A DNA stretch of 64,000 nucleotides, taken from NCBI GenBank assembly GCA_964252035.1, contig OZ176205.1, one strand, 5' to 3'. Positions 42,138-53,278 of this stretch are shown in pieces (the first letter of the stretch is position 1; the number at the start of each line of letters is the position of its first letter). Source of the stretch: Podarcis erhardii (taxonomy: Eukaryota). Under the pieces are notes generated by a model. That model was given only the letters and a program-made list of their open reading frames with translations. It made no database searches and was not told where the DNA came from. The position numbers and the translations under genes are program-made.

Positions 42138-43454
42138 ACTATAGGTACCCATTTCTGCCCCCTTTCTTAGAAGGTGAACATAATCTATTCAGTCCAACCT
42201 TAAACATTTTGTTATCCCCTAGGTAAAATTTGAAAAATGTGATCCAGCAGGCAGAAAGTTGTATCTGGATCTGGAGAGCTTAGCAGTATCCATAAGCTTT
42301 CTTTGGCAGAGCAAATAACAGTTTGGGGTGGGGACTGCTTATAGCAGAAAAATGATGGGAGAGGGTGAGGGGGAAAGAGTTAACCCACTGCTGGTTATTG
42401 CTGCTGGGTGGAGGTGTCAGGATATTATTTTATTAATTTTTGCTTTGCCAGTTCCATGCTTGCACAGCAGAGAGATGCAGATTGAACTCTTCTCTGGAGG
42501 CTAGACCAGCTTAGGATCCAGTGGATCCTTGCTAGCCCAGCCCTGCCCTGCCCCCATTCTACCCTATTTAGGACTTAGGTCATCAGTAGTTTGTGCCATC
42601 AGTGGGCACAGTAGCAGCTTTTGTGGAAGCTGATCCTCACCACCACCAGCAGCAGTGCCCCAGCCAAGAGAAACACCTGGATCCCTCCTGCAGCACATAT
42701 CTGGGACTAGGGTTGTTCTGCTCAGTAGGACATGAGAAGCAATAGGAAAGATGGCTTCTCTTTTTAATGCTGCATAGCCTTTCTTCCTTAAATTGTCAGT
42801 GTAGAATCACAAATTTGTTAAACATCTAAATGAGCTAGGTTCTGCACAATGGATAAATAAGGTGATAGCCCTGCTGGAACGTATTTTAGTGGGGACCTTT
42901 TTCTTACTTATAAAATAATCCCCTTTCCACCAAAAAGAGAAAGAGAGAAAAGAAAAGACTCCCACCAAACAGAATGAACCTCTTGTCACACCTAAGGCTG
43001 TCCAGCACTTTGCCCTAACTCAGACTCCTGCCTTCCACACTGCTTTAGAAAAAATATAAACAAGAAGAGAACATTTGATTTATGTCTCCAAAGACACAGA
43101 ACTTGACAGTATTTTGTGAGATGTCTCAAGGGACATAACCCACTGTCTTAAGCACACAGGGAAAATTCTGATAAATTGCCATTTAAAAAACCAAGGAAGC
43201 CAAATGTCAAAATATAAATAACTTTATTGGACAGGCAGGGTGGAGGTAAAAGAAGGGAAAAGGAAAAGTAACAACCATCTATAGATACCCAGCCCAGCAG
43301 ATAAAATGGATAATGAAAATCTAACTGAGTCACCAATGTGCTATGTGCTTGGATGAAGTCTTTACCCACAGGCAGTTTTTCTTTTTAAATACCAGCACCA
43401 TCAAGAAAGACACCCATATTGAGGTTATTGCAATATGGGTGCAAATGCATTTAT

Positions 43455-44060
43455 ATTTAATATTTATTTGTTTATTAAACTTATATCCTGCCCTTCCACC
43501 CAAAGGAAGGAGCCCAGGGCAGCAACCAACAACTGATATAACAATAAAACGTCCTTACATTATTCCAGTAGAGATGTAGACTGGGAAAGATCTTGACTTA
43601 AAGGCTTGTTGGAAGTAGGTGCTGAAAAGACAACAGAGATGGCACTTGTCTAATACTTAAGGGAAGGGAATTCTAAAGGATAGCACTAAGACACAATTGT
43701 GAGAAGCAGACCCTCCTGATAATGTGGCATCTGCAGGAGGACTTCAGCTGCACACAACAGTGATTGGTTGGGTATATAAGGGGCGAGGTGATCTTTCACA
43801 TATCCTGGTCCCAAGCTGCATAGGCTCTATACACCAAAACCAGCAGCTGGAACTTGGCCCAGTAGCTTCACATGTTGGCAATATCCCGTCCCAGCGAGCA
43901 GTTGAGCTGAGCTTTTATGCTCCTTTACCAGCCAGGAGCTCATGCAGGAGGCTGCAAGATTGAATGCACCCTCTCTCCAAGCTCTGCATCAGACAGGGAG
44001 GGGGCACTTGCCCCAGTCCTTGCAGCACTTACCAACTGCCTCATCAGGGAACAAGCAAAG
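43455..44060 (-). mobile_element. L2-like LINE 3' fragment
   Basis: Colinear with 15440-16370; T-rich tail at the left end. Confidence 0.7.
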
Positions 44061-44446
44061 TGCTCAGGAACTCGCTTCCTTCTCCAGGCTCCTGGTACTG
44101 CAGTTTTTAATAGATTACAAAACAGATGAAATAAAGTTATTTCATTGACGGCCCTCATATTGTTATGTACAGAACAACACTGAGGGTGTTTAAACTATAA
44201 TAACAACAGCAACTTCGTACATTAGTGAAGTTGGCGTGTTATTAGATGCACAAAAATGGCACCTACGCAGCAGAATCATCTGCCATGGCTGGCCTTGGGC
44301 TTATCACTTGTCTCTTAGCTTCAGTGTTCCTTGACTGAAAAAATAGGGTGTTCTTTGTCTGCCTTTGACCCGTTTTAGGGGTTGGTGTTAGAATTCCTGA
44401 TCAGTAGTAGATTTGTACTTATACATGCAGGCTATCTCGTAGCTCA

Positions 44447-44794
44447 GAAAGGGACGCGGGTGGTGCTGTGGGTTAAACCACAGAGCCTAGGACTTGCTGA
44501 TCAGAAGGTCGGCAGTTCGAATCCCCGCAACGGGGTGAGCTCCCGTTGCTCGGTCCCTGCTTCTGCCAACCTAGCAGTTCGAAAGCATGTCAAAGTGCAA
44601 GTAGATAAATAGGTACCACTCTGACGGGAAGGTAAACGGCATTTCCGTGTGCTGCTCTGGTTCGCCAGAAGCGGCTTAGTCATGCTGGCCATATGACGCA
44701 GAAACTGTACGCTGGCTCCCTCGGCCAATAAAGTGAGATGAGAGCCGCAACCCCAGAGTGGACCTAATGGCCAGGGGTCCCTTTACCTTTACCT
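44447..44794 (+). mobile_element. Sauria SINE, near full length, young
   Basis: tRNA-like head (gggacgcgggtggtgctgtgggttaaacc...ggttcgaatcc-like B box), body, (ACCTTT)n tail; perfect 14-bp TSD TATCTCGTAGCTCA at 44433-44446 and 44795-44808. Confidence 0.93.
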
Positions 44795-45559
44795 TATCTC
44801 GTAGCTCATGGGGCTCAGCAGGCAGTTGACTCCACTCTCCATGTGCACTATTACAATGCAAAGTACTGTACTTTGCATCTGGCTGAAGTTAAGTGGACCT
44901 TAGGGTTTTAGTGAACAAGGAAGTTGAACCCAGAAGCTTATAGTCTGCCATTGTTGATTGGTGCTTGAAACTGGCAGCATATTAGCAGAATATTTGGTTT
45001 ATGGACAAGCTCTGCTGTCATTTGCACAGCAGTTTGGAATCAGAGCTGCCACCTTTTTATGTCAGAAGTGCCATTCCCCTGGAACCTGGGGATGGTGGTG
45101 GATCAGATAGAACCAATACAGAATCTGGCAGACTGGGGGGTGATGCCAGAATGAGACTTGGTGTTTTATGGCTGGGTGGGTCATGGTAGAATTTGGTCAG
45201 CCATGAGTGGTTAATTACATCGATTGCTGCCGAACTTGGCCAAAGGCGCTTTACCATTTAAAACACCAAAACAAGGACAAGCGGCCTCAGGGCATTGGTG
45301 CCACTTCAGGAGCTGATGATGGCACTGGTTCCTCGGTTTGGGCTTCTTGCTTTCTGCTTTCCTCTCGGAGCACACAACTTTTTAGACAGATCCCTGTCTG
45401 TGTGGTGAAGATGCCCTGGCTGGATCTTTTCAAGTGATCTTTCCAAGTTTAGACTGCTCCAGAGGTTGAGCTCTCTGAGCTGGGAAGTTCCTGATTCTTC
45501 AGACCCAAACTCTGGGCCCTTGATAATACTGCCTTGCCTATATGCGTTGGAACTCTTCT

Positions 45560-46420
45560 GATCTTCCAGGTGGCAGCACGTCCATTCACACCACAGGCTG
45601 CTCGCGATTGCGGACACTTTCCCGCAGTGCCCAAGCGGCTCGCCTGAGGCATGCCGGGAAAAGCGCGCCTTTCACCGAAGCCTCAGGTGTTGGTTGGCCC
45701 TGCCGGGGAGGGGCCTCGAGGGTCCGCGGAGCAGCAGCAGCGTCTAACCCCGCTCGGGCCCCCATGCCACCGCTCTGGGGCGCCGGGTGTGAGTGCGGGA
45801 GAGGCGGCTGGCTGCTCCCCGCGACCCCCTCCCGCCGCCGGATCCCAGAAGGGCGGCGAGCCCAGCCCGTTGCCAGCCCAAGCCCCGCGCTTTCCCACTG
45901 ACGCGCGTCGGCGAGTGACTCAAGCCTACGTCACGCGCGCCCGGCCAAAAGACGCTCTCCTTGCCTGGGGAAAGGCGAGCAGCGCCAAGGTGCTCTCGTG
46001 GCGACGGCGACGACGCAGCCTGCTCCGTGGGCTCTCGACGGCGACGAGCCGACGGACCTGAGAGAGCCGCAGAAAGAGCGAGCCTTCGGGGAGTAGGAGG
46101 AGAAGCGGCGGCGGCAGCAGCGGAGCAACTGGGCGAAGAGCGGCCACCTGGGTAAGCCGAGGCGCGCGGCTTTGCCTTCCTCCCATTGCCCAGCCGCCAG
46201 AGCACTTTCCCCGGCGAGTTGTCCGAGGTCCGCCCGGCCCAGCGCAGCCGCCTTCCGCCCTGCGTCCCGGAGGAGTTCCTCGACGGCGCGCCGACGGGGC
46301 GGGCAGCCCACTGGTAAGGAAGGTAAGGAAGAGTGAGCCCTTTGGGGGCAGGGGCAGCGCCTCCTCGCGCCTCCCCCGTCGTCTTCCCTCTGTTTCTTCC
46401 TGGTACGCAGGTAGGATCTG
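45560..46420 (+). promoter_or_regulatory. SLC6A17 CpG-island promoter
   Basis: Very high CpG density; TGACGC 45899, TGACTCA 45916-45922, TACGTCA 45927-45933; CTCF-like CCAGGTGGCAGCA 45566-45578. Confidence 0.85.
45950..46151 (+). other. SLC6A17: Predicted non-coding first exon of SLC6A17 (start approximate)
   Basis: Lies in the CpG island and ends at strong donor CTGG|GTAAGC; next strong acceptor is at 57808, ahead of the coding ATG. Confidence 0.65.
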
Positions 46421-48084
46421 CTTGTTTCGCTTTACCAAAAGGACACCGGGGGGGGGGGGGGGAGAGAGAGAGGAAACTCCAGGTTGCTAGGCGAGGATGG
46501 AAAAAGGATCTCGCCTAGCAACTGGGGAGGAGGAAGGCAGGTGGACCAAGGGTGGAGAAAAGGGAAAAGGGAGCAAGGCGAGGAGGCGCGTCACCTGAAG
46601 CCTAAAAATAGCCAGCGATGCGGAACGGAAGGAGGCACGTTTGGGCGAGATAGATGGGGGGGGGGGAGAGACGAGCAAATCGCCCTTTGCTGAAGCCCGG
46701 AGGGATTGCCACGATCCCTTCCGAAGAGATGCTTGGAGAGCTGACATTTTAAGTAAGTATGGGGTGGGGAGCGGGGTATATAGCTCGTCAGTGGCCATCC
46801 TGAAATCCACGCAGCCTGAAGTGTGACCTTGATTGTAACATTGGGAAAGGAAGCAGAAACCACTCCGTCCTCATGAATAATGAAACGCCGGCGCTTGAAT
46901 CCTGGCTCGTTTGGCCCCACCTCTCTCTGGGGCAATTCATCACAGAAGTTAGGGATATAGAAGATGGGCCACAAGAAGCTGCATTCATTTGACTCCTAAG
47001 CTGTGGTTTAGGGTGGGGGAGAGGATGCTAGAGGTTTGTCTTGTCTCGTTTTTTTTTAAAAAGCCTGGGCATTTGTGAAAATGCTGGTTGCATTGGAAAG
47101 CCAGTTCTGGATCTGCTTTTAGCCCTGGTGGGGAAAAAAGTTGCCATTGTATTTTATATAAATCCTATGCATTGATTTTTCCTTTTTAGTATGCTCTTTT
47201 TGAAATGATCAATAAACCCTTTTAAAATACAATCCAAGTCATCAGCTATTGACGTACGTACTTGAATGGGGTTTGGAAATAGAAAGTGACAGATCCAAAT
47301 AGCCTTCCTATTAAGATGCACCTCTGACTGTAACATAACTGCCTAAAAAAATAGATTGTGTTTATGGTGTTTGCTCCTGATTTGCATTTGCAATTGGAAG
47401 CATGTGTGCAAAGCTCCATTAACACTTTTGCTTAAACCAGAGTGAATCTGGAGTCAAATTCTTATCTCCGGAGCTATGTGCAAGCTATGTGGGAATTTTA
47501 GTGCCCCAGAAGAAATGTTTAAATGGTGCCTACTGCACCATTTAATGGCACCATCCTCAGGCTGCTGGAGGATCATCCCCTGTCCCACCTCACCTGGTCC
47601 TTTTGCTTGTCAATCTCTGATAAGGCCTCCTTCACTACCATTCCAGGTCCTGCAGCTGGATGAACAGACCCCTTATTGGACTATCTGGTTTCCATTTCCT
47701 CCAATACGCCTTGCACTCCATGCCTTGATGTGCCATGACTTCTTAACCATTTATGGTTCATATCCAGCCTCAGCCCACTTTCCCACATCTTCCCTCTGCT
47801 CATTGCATCAGGTCCTCCAACCTCTGTTTGTTCCTTGTTGTGCATAAGCAGCAGAAGCACATGTGCCAAGAATTCAGGATGTACCTTTCCTCTTCTGCTG
47901 CAGCAACAAAAGTGCTGTTCCATATTAGTATGTTCCTAGATCTCCACCATGACTGCCTAATTGTAAGGCCAGCACGACATGTGACTCTCTCTACAAATGA
48001 CATTGAATTACTATGCAGCATGCCCCTATAACGTAATAATGAACTTAGAAATCTGACTTATATATCAAGCTTGATACTGTCCAC

Positions 48085-48215
48085 ATTAACTAATAGCGGC
48101 TCTCATGGGCTTCATACAAGAGTCTTTCCCAGGCCTATCTGGCGATGCAAGGGATTGGACCTGAGACTTTCTGTATGCAAAGCAGATGCTCCGCCACTGA
48201 GCTATGGCCCTTCCC
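48085..48215 (-). mobile_element. tRNA-derived SINE, antisense
   Basis: gggattggacctgagactttctgtatgcaaagcagatgctccgccactgagcta is a reversed tRNA-like head; same family as 51540-51715. Confidence 0.7.
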
Positions 48216-48579
48216 CTGGTTTTGGCCCTTCCTGTTTGTGGACATATGTTTCACAGATCCCAAGGTTAGATAAAACTGTCGGATAATCCAGCAGGGTCTC
48301 TTCTGTTGCACAGCCCATATGGATCTTCCCAGCCTGTGACTTATTTTTAGCTGCAGAGAAGCATCCTTTTAGAAGGGCATCTCTATCCATCTTGATGTTC
48401 TCAAGGGAATAATAAAGTTTCCATTTGCTTGCCTGTCTTCTAGAAAGCTCATTCTCTGATGCTGAGAGTCAATAGGGACTCTCAGACAGAATGTTGGGTC
48501 TAGGAGTTCAGGGTTCCATTCCTAGCTTAGCCTCTGCGTGGCCCTGGGTCTGCTCCCCATTTCTAATGTGACAAGAATA

Positions 48580-48695
48580 ATAGTATCATAGAATTGTAGA
48601 GTTGGGATGGACCACAAGGGTGCAAGAATATCTTTGCCCAGCATGGGGCTCAAACCCACATGAGATCAAGAGTCATGCTCTACTGACTAAACTAC
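48580..48695 (-). mobile_element. tRNA-headed SINE with CR1-like tail, antisense
   Basis: atcatagaattgtagagttgg... (CR1 tail) joined to a reversed tRNA-like head; same family as 52452-52595. Confidence 0.65.
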
Positions 48696-48720
48696 CCCAG
48701 CAGTGATGGAACTCGCAAGG

Positions 48721-48723
<3 letters not shown>

Positions 48724-48754
<31 letters not shown>
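48724..48754 (+). repeat. (TG)n microsatellite
   Basis: About 15 TG units read directly. Confidence 0.95.
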
Positions 48755-48759
<5 letters not shown>

Positions 48760-51539
48760 CGCAGAAGGAGGATGAGAGATTTAAAATGAGTTTTAAAATG
48801 GCAAGGCACTTGGCGCAGCTAGAAGTGCCACATCCATTATTAATCATGGAGAATGCATTGCTGATGGCCTCTGGGGGGGTCCTCCTGACATCATTCAGCA
48901 GTGCCATCTCTCCATCTGTCCCTCTCCTCTTGCCCTTCCTCAAGGGTGACCTTTTCTCTTTCAGCAGCTTTGGGCCTCACACCTGCATCGCTCTGCTCCT
49001 CCTCTGTCTTCATGTCTCCCAGGGGAGTTAGAGAAGCCATTTTTTTGCCTCCTTTCTTTGTTATCACTACAGCAACCCTCCAAGATCAGAGAGAGAGGGG
49101 AGGGGAATGTATATCAGAGCAAGGGGAGGAAGCGGGTACGTATTGGAAGTGAACCGTATTCCTGTGGGTACATATTGGAAGTGAACCATAGTCCACGAAA
49201 GCTTGTGCCATTGTAAGTTTTGTTGACCTAATTTAAAGTGCCACAAGACTGTTGCTTTTGCTGCAAGAGAGTAAGATGGTAAATATAGTTTATGTTGGCA
49301 ATGCTGTCTTCCATGAAGGTGCAGCCCCCAGTTTTAACCCTGAGTCCCCTGCTACTGATTTCCATGGGAAAATCAGCCTTCTGTTTTTGTACTAAAGAAC
49401 CAATTTGCCCTCTGGCTCTAAATAGAAAAACTCCACCTTATGAATGTATTCACAGCATTAAGGGAGTCATATGATTACTGGCTTTCACTGCCTTCAAATA
49501 CAGGGTCATATTGTTATGGCTTATATATGCTGCTATGATACCAAACAAGAAATGAACATGGCCTGTATTTGATGAATAGCCCCTTTTTACTCATTGTCTG
49601 GCCAATGATGGTGCAAAGTCTCGTTCTTTCCCTCTCTCCTCTGAAATATGAAAACAAATGGAGACATCTATGAAAGTATTGATGTGGGGACACAAAGAGT
49701 TGAGATGTGTTTTGTAATTAACTCCCTAGCTCTCTCTGATAGACTCCCAAATGCAATGCTGTGAAATAAATCTTGCCTTGAGCCCCCCATAAGAGTGCTG
49801 TTGAGTAAGCTGTGACGTCTTTTATTACTAGTAATAAAATTATTAATAATAAAGGCCTACAAGTGGAATTCAACATGGCATTAATTGGGGTATCTGTGAG
49901 CGGGACGAGGTCTGCTTGCCAAGGGAACTCCCACGTGCTCCTGTTTTGGGTATCCCGCCCCCATCCTCCAGAGCAAAGATTTAGGGAGCACAAGGGGAGG
50001 AGAGGCAGCTTAATTCTTGTTCAGTGAGTGGACTTCATTCTGCTTGTGCAGCAACACAGCTGAATCTTGCCCGATAGCACTTTTAGGATTCCAAAGGTAG
50101 GTGACCAAAGACCAGCTGAGCAGCTCTTAGATGCAGCGTAAGTGCTTCTCTGCTGCCAAGTGGAAAGAGGCTTGCTGTTGGGATGTCCCACACAGTGGGG
50201 GGGGGGGAGAGCAGGGGGGAAAGGATCATTGGGTGTCTCTGTGTTGAGGATACACAGGATCCTAAGCACCCTCATTCATGTAACATGGCCTTAAGAGGAG
50301 CCCTTTGCCAGCCTGTACACTGCCATGCTTAATTTCCTGCCACTGACGGCAATGGGAAGGGTGGTTGGAAATGGCAAAGAGAACAGTAAGAAAAAGCAGT
50401 CTCCTGACCCCCACCCTTGCCTGGCAGCAAGCTGTCAGGGTTTAAGAAGTGTTTTTAGCTCCACTGCAGAATCCTTCCCTCTCCCAAATAGGATTGTTCT
50501 GCCACCATGCAAAAACACTATTTCCCCACCCCCAGCCCTGTATTCCAGCTCACAACAAACCTGTGCCATATGTTGTTATTATCCATGTTTTCCGAGGAAT
50601 AATTGGGTGTGCCCAATACCCAGTGAATTCATGGCTCGGCAGGGATTTGAGCTCAAGTCTCTAAGGTCCAAGATTCTGGGCACTGGCCCATTTTTAGCAT
50701 CCAATAGCAAGTCTTTGGAAAGAAGATCCATTATATTGTTAACGATGTTTAGGGCAATATAACCAACAGCAGCAACAAAATTCTCTGCCAATTTTGCTCA
50801 AATTCTTATTGAAAAATCACACCCCTGAATTGTCTGACTGATGTAAATTTTTAAAGCAGGCCAATTTGACTATTTTTGCATGTTCTGTAGAATTGCTTCT
50901 GTTTTAGGTTATTACTGGGAGAAACAGAACAAATCCAGGCACTGAAATTCCTGCTCAGCCCTCCTCATGATATTTGATAGGGAAGTGCCACTCATCTACT
51001 TCCAAGCTTGTCTTCATAGCCTCTTGAGAGGTAGAAACTCTGTTTTCCCCATATGAAAGCTGTGGGTTTTTTAGGGTGCTGAATTTTGTGCCCAGTGTCA
51101 TTTTTGCACTTGAGGGATACAATCACACCATTGAAGGATATGCTTAGCTCTGGCAATATCCATTCAGACACAAGGCCACGTGGGGTGAGTTTTGTGGGTT
51201 GTTTGTGTGCTAAAGGTTACCAGCATAAGGAACAATCCCCCTCCCCAAAGAAGCTGGAAGGTGTGAATAGAGAACCTGTGCTAACATTGCACATATTAGC
51301 ATACAAAGTGTGTCTCTTGTGATACCTCTCTGCTATCCATTGTAAAGCACCAGTGTGAGTGGGCTCTGCTCTTAAGCAATTCTTACTCACTTCAGTGAGT
51401 GCTGCTTGCAGAGGAGATTTTCCCCATGAATTGTGCCTGAAATAAATGAAACAGGATAACTCAATTTATTTCTTCTCACTCCCTGGGTTAATTTCTATTA
51501 TTCACATCCGTGCAGCATCAGTGTAAGAAATTAGGATCA

Positions 51540-51715
51540 GTGGGACTATAGAAAGCTGACTTACACCAAGTCAGACCATTGGTCCATTCTGTATTACACT
51601 AACAGTGGCTCTCCAGGGTTTCAGGCAGGGGGCACCCCCCGTCCTGCCTGGAGATGCAGAGGATTGAACCTGGCACCTTCTGCATGCAAAGCAGATGCTC
51701 TCATGGCTTCACCTC
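51540..51715 (-). mobile_element. tRNA-derived SINE, antisense
   Basis: agtcagaccattggtccat...ggattgaacctggcaccttctgcatgcaaagcagatgctc. Confidence 0.7.
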
Positions 51716-52451
51716 ACAAAAAACCGCACTAGGAAAACTCATTTTAAGACTGGGAATGCCAGCAATAGCACAATGCCTCTCATACAGAAGTGCCACTGCA
51801 AGCTGACCCAGTTTGGAGCAGCACTTTTTTGCCAACATCATCAGATGCCATGTATGAGCATGGCAAACTATAGTATCCCCAAGTGTGTCTACTTTACTGA
51901 GCATGCAGAGGGTTGCTGTGCAAGGATAACATGACACGGGAAACTACTCTCTTCAAATCTCTGCTCTCATGTGAATTTATTGAGTGGCCTTAGGCACCCC
52001 CACCCTCAATCTGTCTTAGTCATATGTTTTATGGTGATAACACACGCCTACCGTACATAGCTGAATGTAGCCTTGGGGTTCCAACTGTGTCTGCTAAATT
52101 CTCTTTAGCCCTCAGCTGCATGGTTTAAGGCTGCTGTCTTTGCAACATCAGAGCAGCTGAGCCGAAGACAGCCAGACGACTGATGGCACATTACTTGCAA
52201 AGCCCCATGTGGACTTTGGAGCAGATCAGCCAATGGCATCATTAAGAGGGATGGCATGGCAGACATCAGGATGAAGGAGGAGTTTGCAGGAACAGATGAC
52301 ATCAGAAGACAAAGAATTTGTTTTATGGGAGAATAACCATGTAGCTTATTATGCTACAGGCATATAGCTGTATTGTAATAATATTCTTTTCATGACATCT
52401 AACCTTGATTCAATACTTGCTTCAAAACATTTCATTTGATATTGGCACAGA

Positions 52452-52595
52452 ATGAGAGAATTGTAGAGTTGGAAGGGACCCTGTGAATAATCTAGTGGAA
52501 CCCCAATGCAGGAATATGCAACTGTCCCATACGGGGATCAAACCTGCAACCTTGGTGTTATCAGCACCATGCTGTAACCAGCTGAGCTATCCAGG
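52452..52595 (-). mobile_element. tRNA-headed SINE with CR1-like tail, antisense
   Basis: agaattgtagagttggaagggacc...ggggatcaaacctgcaaccttggtgttatcagcaccatgctgtaaccagctgagcta. Confidence 0.75.
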
Positions 52596-52894
52596 CACAA
52601 TCTTTTGGATCTGATGGTAGTAAAAGGTGTATTGGTGGTTGACTCCCCAAACCAAGCTGATGGTAAGAATGTAGGTCATTCTAATAAGCTTACTATGCTT
52701 ACATTTTGATAATTGGGATCAGTGAAGCTTTCTGATGGGCTACTGACAAATATGAGGAGATCTATGGCAAAAAGAAAACAAAAGAAAGTCCATGTGCTGA
52801 TATGGCCTGCATGTGATATGCAGGCCATGCTATTGCAGTAAAACAGGAAGCTTACATTGCCCCAAAAGAAGGAAATTATGGCACATGGAAAAAG

Positions 52895-52915
52895 AATTCT
52901 GTCCTTGGTGCTGAA
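52895..52915 (-). promoter_or_regulatory. RE1/NRSE (REST) site
   Basis: Reverse complement TTCAGCACCAAGGACAGAATT has an intact 17-bp core TTCAGCACCnnGGACAG. Confidence 0.8.
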
Positions 52916-53257
52916 CATCTCATATATTGCAGCATTAGTGTTGAAAAGATAAGCTGGTATCAAATGCAGCACTATGTAACTGTCCTGTCAGCACAAGGAT
53001 TCTGTTTGTACAATGGGACTTTGCGCAGTCTGTCCTAGGGGTTCCTCCAACCTCCTGAGCAAATTTGGGGAGGGTGTGGGGTGCACACAGGTCTTCCCTC
53101 TGTGTCCAGGAAAAGTAAATAAGCTATCCACTGCACAAGTGGAAATTCTTGCACTAATGGGATGGTTACTTAGCACTGTGCTGGTTACAAGTCTCATCTT
53201 TTTAACACAGTCTCTCTGTCTTATAATTTATAACTGTATGCTAAACTGGATGGAAGG

Positions 53258-53278
53258 ATCAACACCAAGGACAGCAGC
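53258..53278 (+). promoter_or_regulatory. RE1/NRSE (REST) site
   Basis: ATCAACACCAAGGACAGCAGC versus consensus NTCAGCACCnnGGACAGCnCC; one core mismatch. Confidence 0.7.

Noticed and set aside
45542-46438. Many 120-170 aa Arg/Ala/Pro/Gly-rich ORFs on both strands (also 11368-11941)
   Set aside because: Expected from stop-codon scarcity in CpG islands.
47519-47545. 11-bp stem hairpin TTAAATGGTGC/GCACCATTTAA
   Set aside because: Looks like part of a degenerate palindromic repeat; no independent support for function.
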